Assembly: GCA_002633005.1 (NCBI GenBank)
Contig: NMRA01000211.1
Location: 164,262-228,261 of the forward strand
Source: Phoronis australis
Taxonomy: Eukaryota > Animalia > Phoronida
Length of the DNA stretch: 64,000 nt
Reading direction: 5' to 3'
Below are positions 26,077 through 39,347 of the stretch, one piece after another (positions within the stretch are counted from its first letter, which is position 1; each line of letters opens with the position of its first letter). The translations under genes were made by a program, and so were the position numbers. Below the pieces are notes generated by a model. That model was given only the letters and a program-made list of their open reading frames with translations. It did no database searches and was not told where the DNA came from.

Positions 26077-27353
26077 TTTGTATGCGCCCATGTGGACGCA
26101 TTATGCCGTCATCTCCATCCGTCCATCCGGATGGCGTCCGTCCATCGTCAGGTGCTTTATCTCCAAAACCTTTGACTTACCTTGATGAAATTTGGCACAT
26201 ATGTTCCATTCATGAATTGGACAGCATGAGAGAACTTTCAGACAGATCCGGCTATCGGTGTGCCCCCTAGTGGCAATTTTGGTTTTTTACGCTTACCTTT
26301 GTGTCTTCAAAAGTCCTGAACGGATTTTCATGAAGCTTAATATGTAGGCACCTATTAGTGAGTTGACGCTATCCTCCCGTTTTCGGATAGATTCAACATA
26401 TTTTGCGCCACCTAGTGGCCATTTTTACTGTTTTCGAGTCTGTTTTTGTGTCCACCCCTCTATCAACCAAACCGCTCAAAGGATGATTGTGAAAATTGGC
26501 ATGTATTTGCTTACTGTGAAGAGCACGGTTGACGATTTTCCGACAATTTTGACTACTGTGGCGCCTCCTAGTGGCAATTTTGTTTTTGTTGCGCCTACGG
26601 CTGTATCTCCTAAATCGTTCGCAGGATCTTTACTTAATTTAGCAAGTGTGTTTATATGATTTTGACTACGGATGACGACGACTTTTGGACAGATCTGACT
26701 ACTGCCCTGCCCCTAGTGGCAATTTTAATTTTTTTATGTTTAACTCAGCATCTTCAAAGGTCCTCAACAGATTTTCATAAAATTTTAAATATAGGCATCT
26801 ACTGGTGTGATGAAAATATCTTCCTGTTTTTGGATGGAATCGAGGTGTTTTGCACCACCTAGTGGGCATTTTTTGCTGTTTTCAAATCTTGTTTTTGGTG
26901 TCCACCCCTATATCAACCAAATCTTTTGAAAATTGGCATATATGTTCTCAGTGTGAAGATGACCTTTAATGATGGTGAATGTCTACTGTGGCGCCTCCTA
27001 CTGGTAGTTTTGTTTCGCGCCCATAGTTGTGTCTCCTAATCCCACTGTAGAATCTTTACTAAATTTAGTAAGTGTATTTATATGAAGAAAACAAGAGACG
27101 ACAACAACTTTCAGGCAGATCCAACGGACACTGTGTCCATTTAAGTGGCAATTTCATTTTAGTCTGTTTTCCTTTGTTTCTCTGAAGTTCCTTGGCAGAT
27201 TTTTATGAAATATGGCATATTCCTGTTTTTGAATGGATTGTATGTTTTTGCGCCATCTAGTGGCCATTTTTATGATACCAATAAATAATCCTAAAAGCAC
27301 ACCATTTGCAATGCATTCGTGGGCGCATTTCATTGCTCCGCGTTGCTCTTGTT
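26077..27353 (+). mobile_element. Complete HINE copy
   Basis: TATGCGCCCAT GTGGACGCATT head, central repeats, and GTGGGCGCATTTCATTGCTCCGCGTTGCTCTTGTT tail. Confidence 0.85.
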
Positions 27354-28839
27354 TTGAAATTTTATCTTATTTTGATACTAGTAGGGCTAGTAGCTTTGTA
27401 TGTTCAGGAGGCTATGACACCTTTCCCAGTTTCAGTGAGTTGGGTTTAACTTGTTGTGCACCATCTAATGTCCATTTCCATGATACTAATAAGCACCTGT
27501 AGAAGGCCATCATCTACAGAGCAGTCTTGGGTTCATTTCAGCACCGTACTTAGCTTGTGTTTCAAATCAATGCATAATTCCAAACTGTTGTTTCTTCAGG
27601 TTGTTATAAGGAAGTATATTGGCCAGACGTTCAAGTAACTGCTTGAAAAATGGCAAAGTATGGGGGATCTTGATGCTAGTTGGGTTCCTTGGAGTTGACA
27701 AAAATGACCTCATGAAATGGCGCAAGGATGAACTACTGGTTTGAAGCCATGACAGTCTACCTCAATAATCACTTTCAGGTATTTTGCACAAGAAAGTTGC
27801 AATCGTTTTTCAGTTTTTATAATACTCTATCATTCTGAGCTCTTCCTTCTGTATGTGAATTTCAGGTGGTTCAAGTAAATTGTTCTGTTTTATAAAGTTA
27901 TTTTTTTCAAAATAGAACATTTTTTTGTATTGCAATATTGATTTCTTTGGCACTTTTTCGATACTGGATTTTAATCTGTTCTTTGTTTGGAATTACAGAT
28001 AACATAATTTAAAATTTAAAAGTTTGTAATGTCTTTGTCTTATTCCTTGACAGACAGAGCAAACTAAGATGGCAGCAGAGGCAAGTGGTTACTTTCCCCG
28101 CGATTCTGAACATGTTCCTGATGCCTACTTGTTAGCGGGGCAGGTAAAATAAGCTTGTTGGCATATGAAAAGGTGTAAGGTGATGTCATTCTTTCTTGTG
28201 AAATTGTGGATCACCAGTTATTCTGTCCTCAGAAGTAGCTTGTCCATGTTCCAAGCTGTAGCATAATGTTTTGCTGTCACATCCCAATGAGCAAACACAC
28301 TTAAACCAAACATAGTTTGAAATGAATGTTACCAAATATTGGTCAAACTGTACTATACCACTATACTACTTAAACATGTGTCATGCATCATAAGTCATGT
28401 CCAACCTAACTGATTTTGCCTTGATTAACCTTAGTTGTGTTGGCTTTGAAATGAATATTGTGCATTTAGTTTTGCTATATCAGATATGTACCACTGGAAT
28501 GGGGGAGTGTCTGGGAATGGGCCACAACCCAGCTAAGTAGAAACACTAACTCTCTGGGATAAAGACAAAGAGCGCAAAATGGTGATAAGGGTGGTCATTC
28601 TCAGTGAAGATAAAAGAAGCTTAAAAACAGGCCTCTTGCCATTTTCGTTAACAGGCAACTAGGCCAGCTGCCATATTTATAGCGATGACCTAATTCGACA
28701 ACAAGTAGTCTATTATGTTATATAATTCCAAAATTTGGGACAGAGAATAATTGCATACACACCAATTCTACATGTGATTATGTTCGATTATTACAGCTGA
28801 AATACACACATCATAGATGATATTTAAGGTCAATGTTGT

Positions 28840-28910
28840 GTGTATTTTCATGTGTCGAATACAGTTAGACTTTACACCAAACTTTCTGTGACACATATTG
28901 TATTCGTACG
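28840..28910 (-). pseudogene. Degenerate C2H2 zinc-finger fragment
   Basis: YEYNMCHRKFGVKSNCIRHMKIHT; the first Cys is lost. Confidence 0.5.
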
Positions 28911-29329
28911 TCCTGTCCTGTACGAATAGCATGATGCTGTTTTGAAACTCTTCAACTTGGCAACTCCACAAACTGTGTCAATGACATAGTGAGAGGCTCA
29001 ACATATAGTTATGTTTATGGCCATATAATTAGCTTCATTGCTGCAACAAGGTATTTTAGGATGTAGCTTTTGCTTCAAAGTGCTGCACTGATCGCACTTA
29101 AAGCCTTTAGGTAGGGGCTGTGCGTATTTTCAGGTGTTGAATCAAGTTTAACCAAAGATCGACCTAAATGATGCATGCAGACTATGCCACTTCAAACATG
29201 TGTCATGCATAATAAGTCGTGTCCAACCTAACTGATTTTGCTTTGATTAACCTTAGTTGTGTTGGCTGTGAAAAGAATATTGTGCAGTTAGCCTGGGAAT
29301 TGACCCTGACCAGGTAAATAGAAATAGTA

Positions 29330-29379
29330 ACTCCTTGGGGTCATGGCAGAGGGCGCCCTCTGCCATGACCCCAAGGAGT
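29330..29379. repeat. Perfect 50-bp palindrome
   Basis: ACTCCTTGGGGTCATGGCAGAGGGC|GCCCTCTGCCATGACCCCAAGGAGT. Confidence 0.97.
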
Positions 29380-31159
29380 CAATCCCAGGCAAGATAGAAG
29401 AAATGAGAAATGTGCCAAAAACAGGCTTCTGATTAGAAATGCGTTACAAATAATCTCGGGCTTATCTTACCTTTACAAGTTCTTGAAATTCATGTGTTCT
29501 TTCATAAATGTGAATAATGTAATTTAAAAAATGTTGTTTAAAAAAATTGAAGCAAGTTAACAGGCATGATAAGTCACCAGGATTCTATGCATAATATCGT
29601 GTTGTGCCATTAAAAAAATGGGCATAATACTTCGATTACCTCAGCCATTATGTAAAGCATAACTGATGGGCTAACCTCATTGTATATATATTACAGTTAT
29701 AAATGCATCAATAATAAGGCACAAAATGGACATAGGTACACTACAAACAGAAACAAGCCTTTGAACCAAGCAGGACCACCAGGTATGTGCAAAGCAAGTA
29801 GCAATACAAACCTTCAGTTCATAGTAGCTAGTTTACTTCAGCCTGACAGCTTGATACAAATGTGACAAAGCAAAGTGTTCGTTATAAAGACGACCGAGAG
29901 TATAACATTGATACAGATATACAGCGATTACTGAAAGTAAAGTGTACAATAGAAACATGATCACTCTATCATAACAAGTGCAGTTCAACAGACATTCCCG
30001 TCATGAAACAGATTAACAACAAACTGGTCTAAACATTCTCCTGCCTATGACAGTTGGCCACACTAACTTACTAAAAGCAATGTGTTACTTTGCAGTCTCT
30101 CTTGCCAACTCCTGGTCAATGACTCATGAAGTGTTCATAACTATCAAACAGATGGTCTTGAAAGCCAGTGGTTGGTGACACTCTGGTCACCAAAAAGAAG
30201 CCAAAAAACATGCTTCTGATGAGAAGTGCGTTATCCTTGACCTCAGAGTGGTCTTACCTCACAAGTTCTGGAAATTCATTTGTAGTTTCTCTCTCAAATG
30301 TACTATATTTGTATGAAAGTGATGGATGTTATTTAAAAAAAATAAACTATGGTAACATGCACTGTCAGTCACTGTGATTCGATCCATAACATCACATCAT
30401 AGTTCAATGTGACTGTGTTACCTCAGCCATCATTTACAAAGAACACAGTGCAAGGTACAAAACAGACATGTTCAGTACAAAGAGAAACGAGGGTTGCAAC
30501 AAATCGGGATACACCAGCATAATGCAGACCAAGTAGCAATACACACAAATGCGACAAAGCAAGAATACACTAAGCAGAATCACAGCAAAGCAAGGAGAGC
30601 ACACTGAATTAATCAGAAGCAGGTTTACAGTTACGGGTGTGTAAAAACATAGTAATTAGGTGTACAAAGTTCAAACGAGGACACTCACTTAAACGTATCC
30701 AGCTTATTGTTACAAATACGACCAGAGCAAGAGTTAACCACATAAACAGATACACACTGTGGTTACTCGACAAGTTTGAAGGCATAGTTATACACAATAG
30801 TTTGTTACAACGCAGACGTGAAACAACACACAATGGGAAGGGTAGCCATCAAGAGAAAGGAAAGCAGAAACACCGCAACCACGAGTACAGACACTCAACA
30901 CTGTGGTGCTATTCATTCCATTGGAGATACACACCAACTCGACACAAATAAAAAATCAAAACACAAGCCAAGATGGAACAGTGGTACATTCCAGAGACTG
31001 TCATTACTCTAATGTAAACTGTACAACATCAGTCTCTCATAACAACTGCAGTGAATGAAACACACTAAAAACATTATCGAACTACTATTATTAACCATAC
31101 TGTTGGGTATGACAGTCGATCAGTGAAACTAAACTACTAATAACAGATACACTACTTTG

Positions 31160-34100
31160 AACTCCCTCCTGCCAACTCATCGTCAACAACTTGTATAAAA
31201 TGTTCGTAGCTAGTAAAGACACGGCCCTCAAAAGCCAGCGGTAGGCGACATGTTGGTGGTTGGGCAAAACGTAAACATTTTCCGAACACTTCCATCGGTC
31301 TTCTCCTTAGGCGATGTGTATCGCTTCTTCATTCCACTGCACTTTGGTATTTTGCAAAATGCGCTAAGCTTGATTGATTTTTTCGGCATTGTGGCCTTGG
31401 GTGGTTGAGGAGGCGGCGGTCGAGTGAAAACGAATCCTGACGTGCTCGTGGATGGCAGGGACACAGAAGGCCCTTGTGTTTGCGCTGGCACTACCAGTAG
31501 AATTGGTGTTTCCCTGACTTGAGTGGTGATCTTTGGCTTGTGCTCATCCACACTGGTACGGACTTTCTCTAGACGACGTTTACCAGCCTTGTGCTCTTAT
31601 CACCGAGTATTGTACTTCGGCACGTGCAACGGGTGGTAGATTAGAGGGCAGAGTTGGTGCTGCTGGCAGACTTTTAGAAGAAATCACCCTACTGTGCGGT
31701 ACGACCTTTGGCGCTGCAGTGGCCAGAAAGTTTGATCTCTTGTCTTCTTTTGAGAAAAATAACGAGATTGACTTGTTGATATTAGGCAACGCCATGTTTA
31801 AGTTGCACAATATCGGATCATCACGTACACGGCTCGAAATTCGCTGGTACAGGCATCTGATGGCAGTGACAGACTTGGTCGGAGAAGATGTCTGAATGCG
31901 GTTTCTCAACATCTTCATCAGCAAGTAGAGAAGCCTGGACTCTTCCATAACGGTGGCAGCTTGTGCGAACCTCATCCAGCCGAATTTGTTTTTTTGAGCC
32001 GAGCTGTTTTCAAGATTCCGGACCAAGACATCTGCCAAACAAAGTGTGGCCCCACTTCCGACTCGTACTTTTTAACAAAGTTGCGAGCAGACTTGTCATG
32101 GTCGCACAGGAGAGCTGTGGTGCTGGCGATCTTTTGACGAACGTCAGCCGGCACGAGATGTTTATCGCCTCCATCTCCTAGCTCGAGCAAAGCCAGGGCC
32201 AAACGTTCGACTTCCTCGAAGCCAGGAAGGTGCAGGTGCCGCGGCAATAACACATCCTGTATAGCGGGGCTATCTTCCTCTTTAACATGCTCATCAGAGG
32301 TCAGCACAAGATGACTCGAGCAGAGGTCATGGATTGCATCTTCCGTGACATCAATTTCCTCATCGCCCAAGGTGTCTTCTTCATAGGCCTCGTCAGCTCC
32401 GTCTTTAGCCTGTTCTTCTTCGGCTTCAAATTAAAACATAACCTTTAAATTTATGTCCGTGAAAAAGCAATAAGTGTGGAAAAATCTACACTAGACCATA
32501 GATCGAACAAAGCTATTACTTTTGGAATTTAAGATTCTAGCAGACTGACCAAGAGATATTTGACTATATCTAAGCATAACTACAAAAACTGTCACCAGTC
32601 AATACTTGTAATTTTCCCGGAACTTTTTGTTCCACGTGCAATATGAAGCCAAAGGGCTGTAGATTCAAAGTCTCTGATACAGAATACTAGATAACAAACC
32701 TCTCTCCATGTAATACTGCTTTGGCCGAAATGCAGTCGTCTGGGTGTAAGCATACTCCACTCCAAGCAGTTCCTCCTCCATTGGGTCCAGGTACTGGTCA
32801 GGATAGGGCATGGGTGCAGCAAAGTTGGGCTCAAACAAGTGCTCCTTTCCAAACAGCACTTCTGCCTGCTGGTTCAAGCGTTGTATGCGACGAGGGTCCA
32901 GACACGACGACAACCTCCCTTTCTCGTCAGCCACGCTCAAGGTCTCTATGCGTGCATTCCACTGTACAGCAAAGGATATTAGATACACCTGAAATTATTT
33001 AGCATGGGCAGGATTAAAGCCATTTTGGAAACGATTAAGGTAGGTGCTGCTGCAATGCTGGTTATATTGACACATACCTGAAAGGGCACAATGGCACATC
33101 TTTTGGACGGCACAGCATTCAACAGATGCGCGTGTAAGCCTTCTAGCGAGTTGCTGCCTCGTCTGCGTCTGAACTTGCTGTGGGTCACACCATTCATTGT
33201 GACGATTTTTGTTGCAACGTACATCACAACACCAGGAGGGTCCTGTTATTAAAAGAAATTTGTTGTTAGGACATATCTGAATAAACGTTATTTCATATCA
33301 GGATTGCAATCACTAATTTTAATTCAAACAATCATTCACAACTTTTTCACCTGCATGCAACTCAGATGTTTGCTGGCAATTTACCAGTGGTAATTCACTG
33401 CCTCAGTCGACTTGAACAGCGGAATGCCATCGACGTCCAGTCCAGCGGGTCCCTTGAACTAAGCAATTATTCCTTTAATAGCAGAGGCGGTCTCCTGAAA
33501 CAGAGTAATTATCAAATTAAATAGGTAAGCAGACTGAAAAGAAGCATGAAGTTAACAGTAGTATTTCAACAAGCCTTAAGAAATGATTCACTTGCTTCTA
33601 CAGCTACAACACATTTTTACTTCAACTCCGCAAGTGACTGGCCGAACGTAGGACTTAAGCTGCGAAGGCTTCAGAAAATGAAATGCCATCATCTGCATGA
33701 CAGAGTAGGAAGCATATAGTTCTTCATTACCTTTTCTCACAGCATTCACTAACAGCATCATGTCCTTGTTGTAAGCAAGGAGGCCGCCAGCCAGGGAACT
33801 CACGAACAGACCGTACTTGGCATGCGTCTGCCGAATGACCACACTGTCCCACCGGTGAAGCCAGTGCCTGATATCTAGTCTTACGACCATTCCCTCTTCG
33901 ATCCACTCTTGGAAGAGTGTTTCCAACCAGTATGTGCCACCATCACTACAACAAAAAAAATGAAGTTTCATATCTTTTCAAACACACAGTAGCAACATTT
34001 GTTTTCCAAGGCAAACACTTACCACCAACAGTTGTCCGCATAGAGGATTTTCGGAGGTGGGACATTGGCACGCTTCAACCTCGACATGAGACCAAGCGTA

Positions 34101-34850
34101 AGCTTCCAGTTGGACTCTTCAGACTCGTCGGAGACAACTACAGTGGTTAAGAACTGTCTCCACTCATTAAGGACACTCGTGACATACTGAAAGGTTCTAC
34201 TGCCGTCGCCATATATTTTGTTGAGAACCTAAAATCAAGCCAAGAAGAATTTACACATATTTTTATTAAGTTTTTTAACGCGTTACTCAGCTTTAAAGGT
34301 ATATAGCTTAGAAAGCATGTTTACAACTAACCCTACTATACCTACCTGCTTGGTTCCATCAATGGACAGTATCTCTCCAACCGTGCTGAGGATCATGGCA
34401 CGGTTATCTGGCAAACGCTCCATTTCCATAATCATGTGGGCACGACGCAGGGTCCGGGTAGAGGGTAGTGGTGTAACTCCCAGCTGGTTTCAGGAATGAG
34501 AGAATGTTGCGTTGAGTTGACGCTGTGTTTTGTGCCGAGTACAGCAAGGTCTGGTATTGATCACACCTTTCCATATACCATTCGTCGTGACCATGATGCA
34601 ACAAACGCTGCACCTGGGACATTGACACAGCATTGATGCGGTCGTTGAGTAACGTCACCACCCACTTGTCATTGGTACGCTTGCCAACCAAGATTGTTGG
34701 AAACAAACTACGTACGGCAGGAGCCAGACTCATTAGAATTCGCGGACTGTACACATGCCATACGTATTGCTGGCCCGAAGAATCCTCTTTTTCACAATGT
34801 TCCGAATAGACTTGTCGTGGAGAGCTGCGGTGCTGGCATTCCTTTGACAA
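31160..34850 (-). pseudogene. Decayed spliced DDE transposase gene, MULE-like (DUF6729-type by my recognition)
   Basis: Exon remnants encode GEILSIDGTKQ, VRLDIRHW (DxxH) and RRGSNSLEGLHAHL (catalytic E). GT-AG introns are visible, and there are frameshifts and stops. Confidence 0.7.
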
Positions 34851-36000
34851 ACGTCAGCCGGCAAAAGATGTTGATCACCTCCATCTCCCAGCTCGAGCAA
34901 ACCAGGGCCAATTGTTCCACTTCCTCGAAGCCAGGAAGATGCAGATGACGTGGCGATAACACATCCTGCATAGCAGGACTATCTTCCTCTTAGACGTGCT
35001 CGTCAGAGGTCATGGATCGTATCTTCCGTGGCATCAACCCCCTCATCGTCCACGGTGTCTTCCCCATCGGCCTCGTCACCTTCATCTTTAGCTTGTTCTT
35101 CTTTGCCTTCAAATTAAAACATAACATTTAAATTTATGTCCGTGAAATAGCAATTGGTGTGGAAAAAATCTTCACTAGACCATACATTGAAAAAGCAGAA
35201 TACACTATGCTCTCAAAGGATACACACCTCCATACAGCTCAAATGTTTGCTTGCTGTTGCCCAGTGAAAATCAACTGCCTCGTGTGACATGAACAAAGGA
35301 ACTCCGTCCACATCCAATCCCGCAGGTCCCTTGAACTCCTCAAGGACGCTGTCTCCTGCAAGATTTAACATCAAATGAACAAGTCACTTCAAAGCTTCAG
35401 TGCTTGTACAGCATTACGTAAAAACAATATCCAGAGTATAACAACACTCACCCATTGAGCAGTAAGAACAATCCCAAAATTCTTATGTGGTGAGTTTATA
35501 GTAGCTAACTTACTTCTACGCCACGGTTTATTCTTTGCACGTGTGACTTGAGATGATGTGGCTTCAGGACTGGCATCATCTGCTCATCCTTGTAACCAGA
35601 GTACAGTTCTTCGTTTCCTATGCCCACTGCTTTGGCAACCTGCAACACGTCACGTTCATTGTAGACCAGTAATACACCTACCATGGCAATCATTAAGATG
35701 CCATACTTGGGGGTGGCTCTGTTTGACGACAAATCCATCCCATCGATGAAGCCAGTGGCGGTTATCCAGCCGAACCAGCACACCCTCCTTGACCCAGTCT
35801 TGAAACAGTGTTTCGCACCAAGAGGTTTCACCATCACAAAATACAAAGATATAAAAATGTACTAATGATAAAGAATTTTGTAAAACACAGTCTTAGACTC
35901 CCTCCACATAAACTGGTATTTTTCGCCGCAAACCAATGCTCAGTCTCTTGACACGATATACCACCTTGCTAGTGGTGTTGAAAGCGTTCAAACCAGCGAT
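34770..36000 (-). pseudogene. Fragments of a paralogous copy of the same transposase
   Basis: ~34790-35185 resembles 32070-32500, 35240-35360 resembles 33360-33497, and 35510-35840 resembles 33620-33945. Confidence 0.65.
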
Positions 36001-36039
36001 TACGATGAAAAACGAATCAATAAAGTATGTTGGGTTGGA

Positions 36040-37080
36040 AAATCCGACTACCGGTGTGCCCCCTAGTGGCAATTTTAGTTTTTTACGCTTACCTTTGTAT
36101 CTTCAAAAGTCCTGAACAGATTTTCATGAAATTTGGTATGTAGGCACCTATTAGTGAGATGACGCTATCCTGCCGTTTCCAGATGGATTCAACATAGTTT
36201 GCACCACCTAGTGGCCATTTTTTACTGTTTTCGAGTCTGTATTTTTGCGTCCACCCCTCTTTCAACCAAACCGCTCAAAGGATGATTGTGGAAATTGGCG
36301 TGTATGTGCTTACTATAAGGAAGACAGCTGACAATGATTTTCAGATGATTTGGACTACTGTGGCACCTCCTAGTGGCAGTTTTGTTTTTTTTTGCGCCCA
36401 TGGCTGTATCTACCAAACCGTTTGCAGGATCTTTACTAAATTTAGCAAGTGTATTTATGTGATGTTGACAACGGACGATGACGACTTTAGGATGATTCTG
36501 ACTACCGGTATGCCTTAAGTGGCAATTTTAGTATTTGCCTCTAGTGGCAATTTTAGCATTTTACTTTGACCTCTGTATTTTCATAGGTCTTCAGGTATAT
36601 ACTTTGTGTTACGTCGTGACTATGAAGGAAAAGTTCCAAGTAGAAATTTGTTTCTGGCATTCTAATGCTGTGCTAATCTCGTATGTTGNCTCTAGTGGCA
36701 AGTTTAGTATTTTACATTGACCTCTGTATTTTCATAGGTCTTCAGGTGTATACTTTGTGTTACTTTGTGACTGAAGGAAAAGTTCCAAGTAGAAATTTGT
36801 TTCTGGCATTCTAATGCTGTGCTAATCTCGTATCTTGGTAAATTTGTTTTTAATTCTATGTTTCTGTGGTGCTTTAAGCAACTGGTGTATAGGATGTGCT
36901 TGTATTATGAAGATTACCCACATTTTGCCCCTAGCCTATTGAGGAGACAATGACCATGCCTTTCCATTTTGCAAAGTATGCCCTCTACTGGCGACTTTAT
37001 GGTACCAATAAACAACCCTAGAAGGATACCGTATGCGGTGCAATTGTAGGCGCATTTCAACGCTCCGCGTTGCTCTTGTT
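36040..37080 (+). mobile_element. 5'-truncated HINE copy, same subfamily as 24157-25691
   Basis: Central repeats, the shared non-repeat insert, and tail GTAGGCGCATTTCAACGCTCCGCGTTGCTCTTGTT. Confidence 0.85.
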
Positions 37081-37329
37081 TATAATTGCACAAATTGTAA
37101 ACCATGGTATGGTTCTTATTTACTTTATTTAGAAATTTGGCAAGGGGACATTGTTGGTCATTTGAGGCTAAATTGAAGAGCATTTACTGTAGTAATTTTT
37201 TCTTCAAGTGTCGAGTAATGTTTGTTGATCTGAAGCGTATAGACCCCATTCACGCCGACAGGAGGCGCATTCCAAAACGAGGCTCGCTACGATAGCTCTG
37301 TTAGCTTATCGGCATAGTTCTGTGTTTCA

Positions 37330-38041
37330 ACAGATTCTGAATGATCTGATTGGTCTAAGCCATTGTTTACAAATTCCGCCAGCCTATTTTCAGTGTCGTG
37401 GTAGTCATTTCTTATGTCACTAGTTTCTTCTACACCAGCGTGGCTTATGAAGAATTCAAGTCCTGTAATTAGTGTTAGAAACTGAAAAGTTTGGCCAGCT
37501 TAGGATTGTGGTTGATGCATTTTATAGTTTAAAGTGTGTTTTTGACTTTCATTTTTCCCTGCTAGCAGTTGGGGTATGAGCCACAGGTTTTCGTCTCAAT
37601 TTTTTTCCATTTGCATTGGAATTAAATTTTTTGGAATTAAATGTGTATGTATTTCATGCTTTCCTGGATCGATTTACAAATTTTTTTTTGGTTTTTATAA
37701 TTTTGTATCGTAATTATCAGAATTGAAGATAGTTTTAGGCTTATAGGTCTCCCTGCAGCAAATCAAGAATAAGCTCCTGCCACTCACACTGCAAATTTTT
37801 CATCATTATCTTTATTTTTTAATTTTAAAAAACATCTTTTGTTGCATCTAATTGCCTTCATTGTTGTTGCTGAAATAGATGTCAGGTATTGCTTAAGATG
37901 AGTGAGTTTTGCCAACACGACACAGTAAGAGGTAATCTTGTGATAATAATGTTTATTTTCGATCAGGTATAGTTTAGATTGAAATGTGTAGTCAGGGCTG
38001 TAAAAATTTCCTCTTGTTGTCATGGGTCATTCCAAGCACTG
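37330..38041. mobile_element. Truncated copy of the 16541-18140 element
   Basis: Colinear with ~17466-18140 and ends in catgggtcattccaagcactg. Confidence 0.8.
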
Positions 38042-38820
38042 CATCAGGAGAACTTCCATTTACTGAAGCTTCAACGAAACTTCTCTTACTTTTCGCACTA
38101 GACTGCGTTATGGAAGTTATCACTAAATGGCAATTCAGTCATCAAAGTAAACACCATATGGAGCAGTTCATTCGTACTCTCAAACGAACATCGAGTGGTG
38201 GGTTCGAGGCTAAATGAAAATTGTTCTCCCACCATTTACCAGTGTTTATGAAAAATGATCAGTGTCGATCTTCATAAAATGTGTATTCTTTTATTTATTT
38301 ATGTGAGTCTATTGAGAGCACTTCAGCGATGATTCAGTAACAAAGAACAAGGAAGTAGAAAGTACAGAAATTTTATTAGTTTTTGTTCCTTCTGATTGTT
38401 AAGAATGTTCTTGTATGAAAAAGGCTGTAGGTTTCAAATAGTACTGCCAGTTTCTTCTGAATCAAATGAAACTTTTGGTTTTTATCCATCATAAATTTAT
38501 TAGAAACATAATACAGAGACAAGACATTAAGATATCAAGCTGGTTATGGTAAAATCTAACAAATTTCTGATCAGAATAATTGCAAAAATTGCCTTTTCCT
38601 CATTTTTTAAAGTCTTACATATTTGTGAGTACCTAGAAGTTTTCAAAAATTTTGTGCACTGTCACATACCATACAAACCTTGTCCATGATAAAGTATTAA
38701 TTTGATGCTATAAGAAAACAATAAGGAAATAATATTTCAGCTGTCGGCCATATTGTAGCCAAAATTGGTCAGATTTTACCATACATTTCGAGCATCATTA
38801 AATTTGTTACAGTCTTCTAG

Positions 38821-39347
38821 AGGTCCTTTCATACTAACGTCAATGTGTCAATGTTTTGAGGAGTTGTGGTCAGTATGAACAGTTAACTTCAGTCCTGAAT
38901 TGAAGTTTACAGCACCAGTTAACTACTTCACAGTAAACAAGTGGATTTAACAGTGAAACGTTGACGCTACAGTGTATGAGTATGAACTATCAACTTCTTT
39001 CTCACCGAAATCATCCCCAGGGGCCACGGCTATTGCCAACAGTGTCATTGCTAATACTTGCTCGACTTATCACCAACCATATTAGACTTAAGTCATACAC
39101 GTAAACGTTCTCTAGTTGTCATATTGAGAAAATCTTAGCACTTATGGACGAGAAACCAACTGTTTCTAAGTCTGCCTCAAACATCACCTTATGCATCAGC
39201 GCCACCTTGCGATAACTTCTATGATGACAGCGACACAGCGTCATCTACCATTCACTTCGATGTTGTGAACTACTTAAGCTGGTATAGACGCTTCATTTTG
39301 CTTAGCAGTTTACATTATATCTGAGTTCAGTTAGTATGAAAGGGCCT
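38821..39347. mobile_element. MITE with PIF/Harbinger-like TIRs
   Basis: AGGTCCTTTCATACTAAC ... GTTAGTATGAAAGGGCCT. The TSD is not clean. Confidence 0.65.

Noticed and set aside
20410-27270. CRISPR-like array of regularly spaced motifs
   Set aside because: The intervening sequences are homologous to each other, the context is eukaryotic, and there are no cas genes.
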